Of a DNA stretch of 64,000 nucleotides, positions 31,365 to 42,789 are shown piece after piece. The number at the start of each line of letters is the position of its first letter. The first letter of the stretch is position 1. The position numbers and the translations under genes are program-made. The stretch comes from Escherichia coli (GTDB taxonomy: Bacteria > Pseudomonadota > Gammaproteobacteria > Enterobacterales > Enterobacteriaceae), in NCBI RefSeq assembly GCF_003334815.1, contig NZ_QOWO01000023.1; one strand, given 5' to 3'. A model generated the notes under the pieces. It was not told the DNA's origin and ran no database searches. It saw only the letters and a program-made list of their open reading frames with translations.

Positions 31365-34232
31365 ATGGGCATCAAACAACACAATGGGAATACCAAAGCA
31401 GATCGTCTCGCTGAATTAAAAATCCGTTCGCCCTCAATTCAACTGATAAAATTTGGCGCTATTGGTTTGAATGCAATTATCTTTTCCCCCCTGCTGATAG
31501 CTGCTGATACAGGAAGTCAATATGGCACCAATATTACTATTAATGATGGTGACAGAATTACAGGAGATACCGCCGATCCATCAGGAAACCTCTATGGTGT
31601 AATGACCCCAGCAGGAAACACGCCTGGCAATATCAACCTGGGTAATGATGTCACCGTCAATGTCAACGACGCCTCTGGATATGCAAAAGGAATCATTATT
31701 CAGGGCAAAAACAGCTCCCTGACAGCTAACCGACTCACAGTAGATGTTGTTGGTCAAACCTCTGCCATCGGCATTAACTTAATTGGTGACTATACCCATG
31801 CTGACTTAGGCACAGGCAGCACCATTAAGAGTAACGATGACGGCATCATTATTGGGCATAGCTCAACACTAACAGCCACTCAATTCACCATTGAAAACTC
31901 GAACGGTATAGGCCTAACCATCAATGACTATGGCACCAGTGTCGATCTTGGAAGCGGAAGTAAAATCACGACCGATGGAAGTACAGGTGTTTATATCGGT
32001 GGTCTCAACGGCAATAACGCCAATGGTGCTGCGCGTTTTACGGCTACAGACCTGACAATCGATGTTCAGGGCTACAGCGCCATGGGGATAAACGTACAGA
32101 AAAACTCTGTTGTCGATCTCGGAACAAACAGTACCATTAAAACCAATGGCGATAATGCTCACGGCCTCTGGAGCTTTGGCCAGGTTAGCGCGAATGCACT
32201 CACTGTTGATGTAACTGGAGCCGCGGCCAATGGCGTCGAAGTTCGTGGTGGTACAACCACTATCGGTGCAGATAGCCATATTTCTTCCGCGCAGGGCGGT
32301 GGCCTCGTCACCAGTGGTTCAGACGCGATAATCAATTTTACTGGCACGGCAGCGCAACGAAACAGCATCTTTTCCGGCGGTTCTTATGGTGCCTCGGCCC
32401 AGACGGCAACGGCTGTTGTCAACATGCAAAATACCGATATTACAGTTGATCGTAATGGCAGTCTGGCGCTGGGTTTGTGGGCTCTCAGCGGCGGTAGAAT
32501 AACCGGAGACAGTTTGGCTATCACCGGCGCGGCAGGAGCCAGGGGAATTTATGCCATGACCAACAGCCAGATCGACCTCACGAGCGATCTGGTCATTGAT
32601 ATGAGTACACCCGACCAGATGGCCATCGCAACGCAACATGACGATGGTTATGCCGCCAGCCGCATCAACGCCTCGGGTCGTATGCTTATCAACGGTAGCG
32701 TTCTTTCCAAAGGTGGGCTAATCAATCTGGATATGCACCCTGGGTCGGTTTGGACAGGTTCCTCCCTCAGCGATAATGTCAATGGCGGAAAACTGGACGT
32801 TGCAATGAATAACAGCGTCTGGAACGTAACAAGTAATTCTAATCTCGACACGCTGGCGCTGAGCCATTCAACTGTCGATTTTGCCAGCCACGGGTCAACT
32901 GCCGGCACATTTGCCACATTAAACGTAGAGAACCTGAGCGGTAACAGTACCTTTATTATGCGTGCTGATGTTGTTGGCGAGGGTAATGGCGTTAATAATA
33001 AAGGGGATTTATTGAATATCAGCGGGAGTAGTGCTGGTAATCACGTATTGGCTATCCGCAACCAGGGCAGCGAGGCCACAACGGGAAATGAAGTTCTGAC
33101 AGTGGTAAAAACCACTGACGGCGCGGCCTCGTTCAGCGCGTCTTCTCAGGTTGAGTTGGGGGGATATCTGTACGATGTGCGTAAAAATGGCACTAACTGG
33201 GAGCTTTACGCTTCCGGGACAGTTCCGGAACCGACTCCTAATCCTGAACCCACACCAGCTCCCGCTCAGCCTCCCATAGTCAACCCCGATCCTACGCCTG
33301 AACCCGCTCCCACGCCTAAACCCACCACGACCGCAGATGCTGGCGGCAATTATCTCAATGTCGGTTACTTATTGAACTATGTTGAAAACCGTACGCTGAT
33401 GCAACGGATGGGTGACCTGCGAAATCAGAGTAAAGACGGTAATATCTGGTTGCGCAGTTATGGGGGAAGCCTGGACTCCTTTGCCAGTGGCAAACTGAGC
33501 GGCTTTGACATGGGTTACAGCGGTATCCAGTTTGGTGGGGATAAACGTCTCTCTGATGTAATGCCGTTGTATGTCGGTCTGTATATTGGCTCAACACATG
33601 CATCGCCGGACTATAGCGGAGGCGACGGTACCGCACGTTCAGACTACATGGGAATGTACGCCAGTTACATGGCACAAAACGGTTTTTACAGCGATCTCGT
33701 TATAAAAGCATCGCGCCAGAAAAATAGTTTCCACGTACTGGACAGTCAGAACAACGGCGTTAACGCCAACGGCACTGCGAATGGAATGAGCATCTCCCTG
33801 GAAGCCGGGCAGAGGTTCAACCTGTCCCCTACTGGTTATGGGTTCTATATAGAGCCGCAAACCCAGCTTACATACAGCCACCAGAATGAGATGACTATGA
33901 AGGCGAGTAATGGCCTCAATATACATCTGAATCACTACGAATCGCTGCTGGGGCGTGCCAGCATGATACTGGGGTATGACATCACCGCAGGCAACAGCCA
34001 GCTGAATGTCTATGTGAAGACTGGCGCTATCCGCGAGTTTTCAGGGGATACCGAATATCTGTTGAACAACTCCCGGGAGAAGTACAGTTTCAAAGGTAAT
34101 GGCTGGAATAACGGCGTGGGAGTCAGTGCACAGTATAACAAACAGCACACATTCTATCTCGAAGCGGATTACACGCAGGGTAACCTCTTTGATCAGAAGC
34201 AAGTCAACGGAGGATATCGCTTCAGCTTTTAA
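31365..34232 (+). CDS. ycgV: Autotransporter (type Va) putative adhesin: repetitive passenger, Pro-rich linker, C-terminal beta-barrel
   Basis: 955-aa ORF; passenger with Gly/Thr/Asn-rich beta-helix-like repeats; PEPTPNPEPTPAPAQPPIVNPDPTPEPAPTPKP linker; C-terminus ends GGYRFSF; AGGAG ribosome-binding site. Confidence 0.93.
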   Translation: MGIKQHNGNTKADRLAELKIRSPSIQLIKFGAIGLNAIIFSPLLIAADTGSQYGTNITINDGDRITGDTADPSGNLYGVMTPAGNTPGNINLGNDVTVNVNDASGYAKGIIIQGKNSSLTANRLTVDVVGQTSAIGINLIGDYTHADLGTGSTIKSNDDGIIIGHSSTLTATQFTIENSNGIGLTINDYGTSVDLGSGSKITTDGSTGVYIGGLNGNNANGAARFTATDLTIDVQGYSAMGINVQKNSVVDLGTNSTIKTNGDNAHGLWSFGQVSANALTVDVTGAAANGVEVRGGTTTIGADSHISSAQGGGLVTSGSDAIINFTGTAAQRNSIFSGGSYGASAQTATAVVNMQNTDITVDRNGSLALGLWALSGGRITGDSLAITGAAGARGIYAMTNSQIDLTSDLVIDMSTPDQMAIATQHDDGYAASRINASGRMLINGSVLSKGGLINLDMHPGSVWTGSSLSDNVNGGKLDVAMNNSVWNVTSNSNLDTLALSHSTVDFASHGSTAGTFATLNVENLSGNSTFIMRADVVGEGNGVNNKGDLLNISGSSAGNHVLAIRNQGSEATTGNEVLTVVKTTDGAASFSASSQVELGGYLYDVRKNGTNWELYASGTVPEPTPNPEPTPAPAQPPIVNPDPTPEPAPTPKPTTTADAGGNYLNVGYLLNYVENRTLMQRMGDLRNQSKDGNIWLRSYGGSLDSFASGKLSGFDMGYSGIQFGGDKRLSDVMPLYVGLYIGSTHASPDYSGGDGTARSDYMGMYASYMAQNGFYSDLVIKASRQKNSFHVLDSQNNGVNANGTANGMSISLEAGQRFNLSPTGYGFYIEPQTQLTYSHQNEMTMKASNGLNIHLNHYESLLGRASMILGYDITAGNSQLNVYVKTGAIREFSGDTEYLLNNSREKYSFKGNGWNNGVGVSAQYNKQHTFYLEADYTQGNLFDQKQVNGGYRFSF

Positions 34233-34331
34233 GTGCGGGATAGACAAGCCCTTAAACGATGCTGAAAATTGTTAGCGTGCGCCGGAATGAAATACAGATC
34301 ACTCTGATGTATCAGAAATCGTTTCTGTCTT

Positions 34332-36251
34332 TCATACCCGGCGCTTAAACTGCCCTGCATCAATGCCATGTTGCTTCATTTTCCGCCACAGCGTAGTGCG
34401 GCCGATCCCAAGTAAAGCCGACATTTCCTGAATGCGACCGCCTGTGACCTGGGCTGCGTTAATAATTGCCTCTTTTTCAACTTCCGCAAATGACAGACTG
34501 GTGGAAAGGCGGGTGGCGCTGACATCATCTGTCGCCTGCTCGGTAAACAGATGTTCCGGCAAATCACTGACGCGAATGCGCCCGTTATCACTACTCAGAG
34601 CAAGATTCTCGATGACGCTGTAAAGTTCAAAATCGTTGCCTGGCCATGCACAAGAAACCAGGCGAGCGAGGGCATCGTCATCAATTTTCAGCCGCGTAGA
34701 GAAGCGTTTTTCAAGACTGCGTAATTTGTTATTCACCAGCGCCGGAATGCTGCCACGCCGCATACGCAGAGGCGGGATGGTAATTTCAAATGCATGCAGC
34801 GCGTAATACAGCTGGCGACTAAAACGATTTTGTTCCACCAGCATTGCGAGGTCCGCGGTCGTTGTTGCAATCACTTTGACATCAATTGGTATTAAACGCC
34901 GCGCATCCAGTCGCGTGATAACCCCCTGCTTGATAACCTGAAGCAAAGCAGACTGTAACTCCACCGCCAGATATTCAATCTTTTCAAGAAACAGCGTGCC
35001 GCCGTGTGCCAGTTCCAGCCGACTCAGACGGCCATTTTCATTGTCCGTGCGATCGCCACCAATAAATTCTTCCGCCAGCGCAGCATCACCATATAACTCA
35101 CAATTGACGGCGATATAAGGACCTGCAGCACGCTCGCTTTCATTATGAATTGCCTGACTTAGCAGTGCCTTGCCCACGCCCTCTTCTCCACAAAGCAGGA
35201 CAGGAAAGCTACTGCGCGCCGCCTGGCGACCAAAATGAATCAAGCGGCGGGTTTGCGGATCGTCCTGTGGCATATGAGCGAAGGTATGGCTGACTTTTCC
35301 TAATTGACTGGTCATCAACTGCCGCATCTGTTCCACAGGATGGAGCAACAAAATAAAGCTGGTTCCCTGCGTTTCTATTATCGGTTTAAGGGTTATCACC
35401 GCATCAATAAACTGGTGCTGGCTTTCAAAGGTTGCTTCTACGTGTTTGAGCGGATGTGCCTGTTTTATTGCTTGTTGCAATACGGCGGGTAACGTTAAGA
35501 GTTCAGTGATTGCCCGTCCCTGACTTGCCGTCGCGTCAAGGCGCAAGACCCGCGCCGCCTGGGCATTAATAAATTGCAAATTACCCTGCTCGTCCCAGCT
35601 AATCACGCCATCATCCATACTTTCTAACAGGGCATTAAGTTGATTTAAATGACGGTTAGTTTCAGCGAGCAAACTGTCCGTCAGCAGTAAATTTCCGACC
35701 TCGCGGGCGATTGCCAACGTCAACGGCAAATCAGCTGCGGTAGTTTGCTCAACCGGACACGCCAGCGCTATTGTTCCCGTCAATCGGCCCTTGCTGTCAA
35801 ACAACGGCGTTGCACAAAAGGCCCAGTTCCAGAGTACCTGTTTGAAATGTTGATCGGCCATCGTTTTCACGGCCTGACCAGAGATAGCCGCTAACGATAG
35901 CGCACAAGTACCAATAATTCCCTCGGCGCAATACGTGCCGTCATTGAATCCCAGTGCACTTAGCTGCTGCAAGGTTTGCGGATCGCCATTACGGCTGAGA
36001 ATGCAGGCGGTTTCATCGAGGATAAACAGCGCACACTCTCGCGGTGCCATATATTCCCAGGCATCTTCCAGCGCAGCCTGCCCGAGCGTCAGCATCGCTT
36101 TCTTACGCCGATAAATAGAAGCAAATGTCACGCCCTGGGCCTGATGTGGTACGTTCCATGTCTCCCGTTTCATCAGCTTATTGCATCGCTCCCAGGAGGT
36201 TGCAATTAAGGGAGATATGCCCCGACCATCGTTGTTAAAAGCGCCACTCAT
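34332..36251 (-). CDS. dhaR: Transcriptional activator of the dihydroxyacetone kinase operon (GAF-PAS-AAA+ enhancer-binding-type protein)
   Basis: ATG at 36251 with AGGGA ribosome-binding site gives the 639-aa product; AAA+ motifs and C-terminal Fis-type helix-turn-helix; divergent from dhaK. Confidence 0.92.
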   Translation of the reverse strand: MSGAFNNDGRGISPLIATSWERCNKLMKRETWNVPHQAQGVTFASIYRRKKAMLTLGQAALEDAWEYMAPRECALFILDETACILSRNGDPQTLQQLSALGFNDGTYCAEGIIGTCALSLAAISGQAVKTMADQHFKQVLWNWAFCATPLFDSKGRLTGTIALACPVEQTTAADLPLTLAIAREVGNLLLTDSLLAETNRHLNQLNALLESMDDGVISWDEQGNLQFINAQAARVLRLDATASQGRAITELLTLPAVLQQAIKQAHPLKHVEATFESQHQFIDAVITLKPIIETQGTSFILLLHPVEQMRQLMTSQLGKVSHTFAHMPQDDPQTRRLIHFGRQAARSSFPVLLCGEEGVGKALLSQAIHNESERAAGPYIAVNCELYGDAALAEEFIGGDRTDNENGRLSRLELAHGGTLFLEKIEYLAVELQSALLQVIKQGVITRLDARRLIPIDVKVIATTTADLAMLVEQNRFSRQLYYALHAFEITIPPLRMRRGSIPALVNNKLRSLEKRFSTRLKIDDDALARLVSCAWPGNDFELYSVIENLALSSDNGRIRVSDLPEHLFTEQATDDVSATRLSTSLSFAEVEKEAIINAAQVTGGRIQEMSALLGIGRTTLWRKMKQHGIDAGQFKRRV

Positions 36252-36478
36252 ATCCCGCATCCCTTATGACAAAAGGTGTTCCGGCTCGCAATTTTAAGTA
36301 TTAATACACGTAAAAGTTTCAATATGGAACATTCATTAAAGCATATGTTTCACTATGAAACATAATTTGGGCTAATTTTCTTTTCCCTTGCCTGATGCAC
36401 AATGGATTCATCGGCAGTCAGTGGTCGCCGTGTCGTTGAACATCATCCATGCCCTACCGTAATTGCTGGAGCAAAATA

Positions 36479-37549
36479 ATGAAAAAATTGATCAATGATG
36501 TGCAAGACGTACTGGACGAACAACTGGCAGGACTGGCGAAAGCGCATCCATCGCTGACACTGCATCAGGATCCGGTGTATGTCACCCGAGCTGATGCCCC
36601 TGTTGCAGGAAAAGTCGCCCTGCTGTCGGGTGGCGGCAGCGGACACGAGCCGATGCACTGTGGTTATATCGGTCAGGGGATGCTTTCGGGGGCCTGTCCG
36701 GGCGAAATTTTCACCTCACCGACGCCCGATAAAATCTTTGAATGCGCCATGCAAGTTGATGGCGGCGAAGGTGTACTGTTGATTATCAAAAATTACACCG
36801 GCGATATTCTTAACTTTGAAACAGCGACCGAGTTACTGCACGATAGCGGCGTAAAAGTGACCACTGTGGTCATTGATGACGACGTTGCGGTAAAAGACAG
36901 TCTTTATACTGCCGGGCGACGCGGCGTTGCCAACACCGTATTAATTGAAAAACTCGTAGGCGCAGCGGCGGAGCGTGGCGACTCACTGGACGCCTGTGCG
37001 GAACTGGGGCGTAAGCTGAATAATCAAGGCCACTCAATAGGTATCGCTCTCGGTGCCTGTACCGTTCCTGCCGCGGGCAAACCTTCTTTTACCCTGGCGG
37101 ATAATGAGATGGAGTTTGGCGTCGGCATTCATGGTGAGCCGGGTATTGACCGCCGCCCCTTCTCTTCCCTTGATCAAACCGTCGATGAAATGTTCGACAC
37201 CCTGCTGGTAAATGGCTCATACCATCGCACTTTGCGTTTCTGGGATTATCAACAAGGCAGTTGGCAGGAAGAACAACAAACCAAACAACCGCTCCAGTCT
37301 GGCGATCGGGTGATTGCGCTGGTTAACAATCTTGGCGCAACTCCGCTTTCTGAGCTGTACGGCGTCTATAACCGCCTGACCACACGTTGCCAGCAAGCGG
37401 GATTGACTATCGAACGTAATTTAATTGGCGCGTACTGCACCTCACTGGATATGACCGGTTTCTCAATCACCTTACTGAAAGTTGATGACGAAACGCTGGC
37501 ACTCTGGGACGCCCCGGTCCACACCCCGGCCCTTAACTGGGGTAAATAA
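36479..37549 (+). CDS. dhaK: PTS-dependent dihydroxyacetone kinase, dihydroxyacetone-binding subunit
   Basis: 356 aa from ATG at 36479 (MKKLINDVQDVLDEQ...). Confidence 0.93.
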   Translation: MKKLINDVQDVLDEQLAGLAKAHPSLTLHQDPVYVTRADAPVAGKVALLSGGGSGHEPMHCGYIGQGMLSGACPGEIFTSPTPDKIFECAMQVDGGEGVLLIIKNYTGDILNFETATELLHDSGVKVTTVVIDDDVAVKDSLYTAGRRGVANTVLIEKLVGAAAERGDSLDACAELGRKLNNQGHSIGIALGACTVPAAGKPSFTLADNEMEFGVGIHGEPGIDRRPFSSLDQTVDEMFDTLLVNGSYHRTLRFWDYQQGSWQEEQQTKQPLQSGDRVIALVNNLGATPLSELYGVYNRLTTRCQQAGLTIERNLIGAYCTSLDMTGFSITLLKVDDETLALWDAPVHTPALNWGK

Positions 37550-37559
37550 GGAGAAAGCA

Positions 37560-38192
37560 ATGTCACTGAGCAGAACTCAAATTGTTAACTGGCTCACTCG
37601 TTGTGGCGATATTTTCAGCACCGAGAGCGAGTATCTTACCGGACTGGATCGCGAAATTGGCGATGCTGACCACGGGCTAAATATGAACCGAGGCTTTAGC
37701 AAAGTGGTGGAAAAACTCCCTGCTATCGCAGATAAAGATATCGGTTTCATTCTCAAGAATACCGGTATGACGCTGCTTTCCAGCGTCGGTGGTGCCAGTG
37801 GTCCGCTGTTCGGTACCTTCTTTATCCGCGCCGCACAGGCGACCCAGGCACGGCAAAGCCTGACACTGGAAGAGCTTTATCAGATGTTCCGCGATGGCGC
37901 GGACGGCGTAATCAGTCGCGGGAAAGCCGAACCTGGCGATAAAACCATGTGTGATGTGTGGGTGCCGGTGGTGGAATCGTTACGTCAGTCCAGCGAGCAA
38001 AATCTCTCTGTTCCGGTGGCGCTCGAAGCTGCCAGTAGCATCGCCGAATCCGCTGCACAAAGTACGATTACGATGCAAGCCCGCAAAGGCCGCGCCAGTT
38101 ATCTCGGTGAACGCAGTATTGGTCACCAGGATCCCGGCGCGACCTCGGTGATGTTTATGATGCAAATGTTGGCGTTAGCCGCAAAAGAGTAA
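37560..38192 (+). CDS. dhaL: PTS-dependent dihydroxyacetone kinase, ADP-binding subunit
   Basis: 210 aa from ATG at 37560 with AAGGAG ribosome-binding site. Confidence 0.93.
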   Translation: MSLSRTQIVNWLTRCGDIFSTESEYLTGLDREIGDADHGLNMNRGFSKVVEKLPAIADKDIGFILKNTGMTLLSSVGGASGPLFGTFFIRAAQATQARQSLTLEELYQMFRDGADGVISRGKAEPGDKTMCDVWVPVVESLRQSSEQNLSVPVALEAASSIAESAAQSTITMQARKGRASYLGERSIGHQDPGATSVMFMMQMLALAAKE

Positions 38193-38202
38193 GGAATTGG
38201 TG

Positions 38203-39621
38203 ATGGTAAACCTGGTCATAGTTTCACATAGCAGCCGACTGGGAGAAGGTGTCGGTGAATTAGCCCGTCAGATGTTAATGAGTGATAGTTGTAAAATCGC
38301 CATTGCCGCGGGAATTGACGATCCACAAAATCCCATTGGTACCGATGCCGTCAAAGTGATGGAGGCCATCGAATCTGTTGCTGATGCCGACCATGTGCTG
38401 GTCATGATGGATATGGGTAGCGCATTATTGAGTGCTGAAACTGCGCTGGAATTGCTGGCTCCCGAGATCGCCGCAAAAGTACGTTTGTGTGCTGCGCCGT
38501 TGGTCGAAGGTACACTGGCAGCAACGGTCAGCGCGGCCTCGGGGGCGGATATCGACAAAGTTATCTTTGACGCCATGCATGCGCTGGAAGCCAAACGTGA
38601 ACAACTGGGTTTACCGTCCTCCGACACTGAAATCTCTGACACATGTCCTGCGTACGATGAAGAAGCCCGTTCTCTGGCGGTGGTCATAAAAAACCGTAAC
38701 GGCCTGCATGTACGTCCGGCCTCCCGGCTGGTTTATACCTTATCGACATTTAATGCCGATATGTTGCTGGAAAAAAACGGCAAATGCGTCACACCAGAGA
38801 GTATTAACCAGATTGCGTTACTACAAGTTCGCTATAACGATACGCTGCGCCTGATTGCGAAAGGGCCAGAAGCTGAAGAGGCACTGATCGCTTTCCGTCA
38901 GCTGGCTGAAGATAACTTTGGTGAAACGGAGGAAGTCGCTCCACCTACTCTGCGTCCCGTTCCGCCTGTTTCGGGTAAAGCCTTTTATTATCAACCAGTT
39001 TTATGTACGGTACAGGCAAAATCAACCCTGACCGTGGAAGAAGAACAAGATCGATTACGCCAGGCTATTGACTTCACGTTATTAGATCTGATGACGTTAA
39101 CAGCGAAAGCAGAAGCCAGCGGGCTTGACGATATTGCCGCAATCTTTTCTGGTCACCATACACTGTTAGATGATCCGGAACTGCTGGCGGCGGCAAGCGA
39201 ACTCCTTCAGCATGAACATTGCACGGCAGAATATGCCTGGCAGCAAGTTCTTAAAGAACTTAGCCAGCAATACCAGCAACTGGATGATGAATATCTACAA
39301 GCTCGCTATATTGATGTGGACGATCTTCTGCATCGCACCCTGGTCCACCTGACCCAAACGAAAGAAGAACTCCCGCAGTTTAACTCGCCAACTATTCTAC
39401 TGGCGGAGAACATTTATCCTTCCACAGTACTGCAACTGAATCCGGCGGTTGTAAAAGGTATCTGCCTTAGCGCCGGAAGTCCGGTATCCCACAGCGCCCT
39501 AATCGCCCGTGAACTGGGGATTGGCTGGATTTGCCAGCAGGGTGAGAAACTGTATGCGATACAACCAGAAGAAACGCTAACGCTGGACGTTAAAACGCAA
39601 CGTTTCAACCGTCAGGGTTAA
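38203..39621 (+). CDS. dhaM: PTS-dependent dihydroxyacetone kinase, phosphotransferase subunit (EIIA-HPr-EI-like multidomain)
   Basis: 472 aa from ATG at 38203 with AAGGA ribosome-binding site; ORF track starts 2 codons upstream at TTG. Confidence 0.9.
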   Translation: MVNLVIVSHSSRLGEGVGELARQMLMSDSCKIAIAAGIDDPQNPIGTDAVKVMEAIESVADADHVLVMMDMGSALLSAETALELLAPEIAAKVRLCAAPLVEGTLAATVSAASGADIDKVIFDAMHALEAKREQLGLPSSDTEISDTCPAYDEEARSLAVVIKNRNGLHVRPASRLVYTLSTFNADMLLEKNGKCVTPESINQIALLQVRYNDTLRLIAKGPEAEEALIAFRQLAEDNFGETEEVAPPTLRPVPPVSGKAFYYQPVLCTVQAKSTLTVEEEQDRLRQAIDFTLLDLMTLTAKAEASGLDDIAAIFSGHHTLLDDPELLAAASELLQHEHCTAEYAWQQVLKELSQQYQQLDDEYLQARYIDVDDLLHRTLVHLTQTKEELPQFNSPTILLAENIYPSTVLQLNPAVVKGICLSAGSPVSHSALIARELGIGWICQQGEKLYAIQPEETLTLDVKTQRFNRQG

Positions 39622-39940
39622 GCCACTGTTCGGATGGCATCGTTCTGATGTCATCCGGCAATTTACTCAGCACTAATGGTTTTTAACTACCTGTTATATT
39701 TTTCACCAATTTATGATGATTTTTCTTCGCTAATCACGAACCCAACGCCGCTGGCTGGCTAATAAACAGACGTTATTTGATCACTCTATTTCGCCGTTAT
39801 TTATCCCTTTAATTCCCTTTTCTAAAATGCCTGACAGTTCGCAGAATGAGATTTCGATCATGCAGCTAGTGCGATCCTGAACTAAGGTTTTCTGATACTT
39901 GAATACCGTTTTATTCGGTTTCGCCAAAGGAGAATGATTG

Positions 39941-41638
39941 ATGAAATCCCCCGCACCTTCTCGCCCGCAAAAAATGGCGTTAATTCCAGCCTGTATCTTT
40001 TTGTGTTTCGCTGCGCTATCGGTGCAGGCAGAAGAAACACCGGTAACACCACAGCCGCCTGATATTTTATTAGGGCCGCTGTTTAATGATGTGCAAAACG
40101 CCAAACTTTTTCCGGACCAAAAAACCTTTGCCGATGCCGTGCCGAACAGCGATCCGCTGATGATCCTTGCTGATTATCGGATGCAGCAAAACCAGAGCGG
40201 ATTTGATCTGCGCCATTTCGTTAACGTCAATTTCACCCTGCCGAAAGAAGGCGAGAAATATGTTCCGCCAGAGGGGCAGTCACTGCGCGAACATATTGAC
40301 GGACTTTGGCCGGTATTAACGCGTTCTACCGAAAACACCGAAAAATGGGATTCTCTGTTACCGCTGCCGGAACCTTATGTCGTGCCGGGCGGACGCTTTC
40401 GCGAGGTATATTACTGGGACAGTTACTTCACCATGTTAGGACTTGCCGAAAGCGGTCACTGGGATAAAGTCGCGGATATGGTGGCCAATTTTGCTCATGA
40501 AATAGACACTTACGGTCATATTCCCAACGGCAACCGCAGTTACTATTTAAGCCGCTCGCAACCGCCCTTCTTTGCCCTGATGGTAGAGTTACTGGCGCAG
40601 CATGAAGGCGATGCCGCGTTGAAGCAATACCTGCCGCAAATGCAAAAAGAATATGCTTACTGGATGGACGGTGTTGAAAACCTGCAAGCCGGACAACAGG
40701 AAAAACGCGTTGTCAAACTTCAGGATGGTACCCTTCTCAACCGCTACTGGGACGATCGCGATACGCCACGACCAGAGTCATGGGTGGAAGATATTGCCAC
40801 CGCCAAAAGCAATCCGAATCGACCTGCCACTGAAATTTACCGCGACCTGCGCTCTGCCGCTGCGTCTGGCTGGGATTTCAGCTCGCGCTGGATGGACAAC
40901 CCGCAGCAGTTAAATACCTTACGCACCACCAGCATCGTACCGGTCGATCTGAACAGCCTGATGTTTAAAATGGAAAAAATCCTCGCCCGCGCCAGCAAAG
41001 CTGCCGGAGATAACGCGATGGCAAACCAGTACGAAACGCTGGCAAATGCCCGTCAAAAAGGGATCGAAAAATACCTGTGGAACGATCAACAAGGCTGGTA
41101 TGCCGATTACGACCTGAAAAGTCATAAAGTGCGCAATCAGTTAACCGCGGCCGCCCTGTTCCCGCTGTACGTCAATGCGGCAGCGAAAGATCGCGCCAAC
41201 AAAATGGCGACGGCGACGAAAACACATCTGCTGCAACCCGGCGGCCTGAACACCACGTCGGTGAAAAGTGGGCAACAATGGGATGCGCCAAATGGCTGGG
41301 CACCGTTACAGTGGGTCGCGACAGAAGGATTACAAAACTACGGGCAAAAAGAGGTGGCGATGGACATTAGCTGGCACTTCCTGACCAATGTTCAGCACAC
41401 CTATGACCGGGAGAAAAAGCTGGTGGAAAAATATGATGTCAGCACCACCGGAACGGGGGGCGGCGGTGGCGAATATCCATTACAGGATGGCTTTGGCTGG
41501 ACCAATGGCGTGACGCTGAAAATGCTGGATTTGATCTGCCCGAAAGAGCAACCGTGTGACAATGTTCCGGCGACGCGTCCGACCGTTAAGTCAGCAACGA
41601 CGCAACCCTCAACCAAAGAGGCACAACCCACACCTTAA
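39941..41638 (+). CDS. treA: Periplasmic trehalase
   Basis: 565 aa from ATG at 39941 with AAGGAG ribosome-binding site; signal peptide; glycoside hydrolase family 37 motifs. Confidence 0.93.
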   Translation: MKSPAPSRPQKMALIPACIFLCFAALSVQAEETPVTPQPPDILLGPLFNDVQNAKLFPDQKTFADAVPNSDPLMILADYRMQQNQSGFDLRHFVNVNFTLPKEGEKYVPPEGQSLREHIDGLWPVLTRSTENTEKWDSLLPLPEPYVVPGGRFREVYYWDSYFTMLGLAESGHWDKVADMVANFAHEIDTYGHIPNGNRSYYLSRSQPPFFALMVELLAQHEGDAALKQYLPQMQKEYAYWMDGVENLQAGQQEKRVVKLQDGTLLNRYWDDRDTPRPESWVEDIATAKSNPNRPATEIYRDLRSAAASGWDFSSRWMDNPQQLNTLRTTSIVPVDLNSLMFKMEKILARASKAAGDNAMANQYETLANARQKGIEKYLWNDQQGWYADYDLKSHKVRNQLTAAALFPLYVNAAAKDRANKMATATKTHLLQPGGLNTTSVKSGQQWDAPNGWAPLQWVATEGLQNYGQKEVAMDISWHFLTNVQHTYDREKKLVEKYDVSTTGTGGGGGEYPLQDGFGWTNGVTLKMLDLICPKEQPCDNVPATRPTVKSATTQPSTKEAQPTP

Positions 41639-41650
41639 CCAGCGCTTACT

Positions 41651-41689
41651 CCGACAACGTCATTCGGCTTCTCCGGATGGCGTTGTCGG
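41651..41689. terminator. Hairpin between convergent treA and ycgY (possible bidirectional terminator)
   Basis: ccgacaacg-(21 nt)-cgttgtcgg 9-bp inverted repeat; no strong T-tract. Confidence 0.35.
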
Positions 41690-41716
41690 CAGATAACACC
41701 ATAGCTATGGTTTTTT

Positions 41717-42157
41717 CTACACAGACGGTTTTTCAAGTCCTGGCGGGAAGTATTGCGCAAATGTTTGCCATACGTGGTTGCCGAAGATAGCGTCATTTCT
41801 ACGGGTAAGTGTTTCACTTTCATCACCCGGCGATTTACGCCGACGTTGGCTATATAAAGCATCAATTGCTACCTGAATATTGTTACGGTGTTCACTCATC
41901 AACGTTTTTTTGCTTTCTGGAGTTAAATTAATAATCACATAATCCAGACACTCCAGAGAATTTAGCAACCAAAAAAAGAATTCAGACCATTCCTCTTCGC
42001 GTAACTGAAGCATTGCCGAACGGGTATTTTGGCTTAATCTGCCAGAAGGATTGATCAATTCTAAATGTTCAATAAGCGCAGCCAAAACCGCCTCACTATC
42101 CGCCCCATTTTTAACGCCTGACTGGCTACTGTCTAAAATATTTATTTTCTGAATCAC
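41717..42157 (-). CDS. ycgY: Uncharacterized protein YcgY
   Basis: 146-aa ORF; position between treA and ymgE. Confidence 0.8.
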   Translation of the reverse strand: MIQKINILDSSQSGVKNGADSEAVLAALIEHLELINPSGRLSQNTRSAMLQLREEEWSEFFFWLLNSLECLDYVIINLTPESKKTLMSEHRNNIQVAIDALYSQRRRKSPGDESETLTRRNDAIFGNHVWQTFAQYFPPGLEKPSV

Positions 42158-42334
42158 ACCAAAAACAACGAAACAATAATTAAAAAAGGATTCTGTTGTT
42201 GTTACCGGGAACCGACTTTATCGGATATCGAAGTGCTATATTGATTTTTTTCACCCGTAAAGCAGGTGTCGAGTATACGTTCTGATGTGAAAGCGGATAG
42301 CGGCATCTGTATCGCTATCCGCCTTATGAAAATC

Positions 42335-42589
42335 TTATTCTCTTCGCAGGAGGCGGAATATGCCCAGAACGAGAATAGCTCCCACCACCGCCACCAGGAA
42401 GCTGTGCAGATTAAAACCACTGATGGAGCCGCCAATGCCAAACATGGTCGCCAGCCAGCCGCCGACCACCGCACCGACTATCCCGAGAATACAGGTCAGG
42501 AAAAATCCACCACCATCACGCCCCGGCATGATTAGCTTGGCGATAATGCCGGCTATCAGGTCAAAAATAATCCAGGCAATAATTCCCAT
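42335..42589 (-). CDS. ymgE: Transglycosylase-associated (GlsB/YeaQ/YmgE family) small membrane protein
   Basis: 84 aa from ATG at 42589 (MGIIAWIIFDLIAG...); Gly-rich hydrophobic segments. Confidence 0.88.
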   Translation of the reverse strand: MGIIAWIIFDLIAGIIAKLIMPGRDGGGFFLTCILGIVGAVVGGWLATMFGIGGSISGFNLHSFLVAVVGAILVLGIFRLLRRE

Positions 42590-42789
42590 GTTCAGGCCCT
42601 CGTTTCGATGAATCGGACGCAAGAAATGCTTACATCAACGCTCTAAGTATAGGCAAGGGCGGGATCGATGCTGGGCGTATGTCGGCTGATTTAAGAACAA
42701 CATGTAAAAAATATTCACGCATTTGTATTAAGTTTTGTTAACTGTGACCGATAAACCAAAGACAGTTTGTCAGTCAGGAGTTTTTCCGC

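Noticed and set aside
39781-40104. 107-aa minus-strand ORF overlapping the treA start and promoter
   Set aside because: Overlaps the treA 5' end antisense; no ribosome-binding site; low-complexity product.
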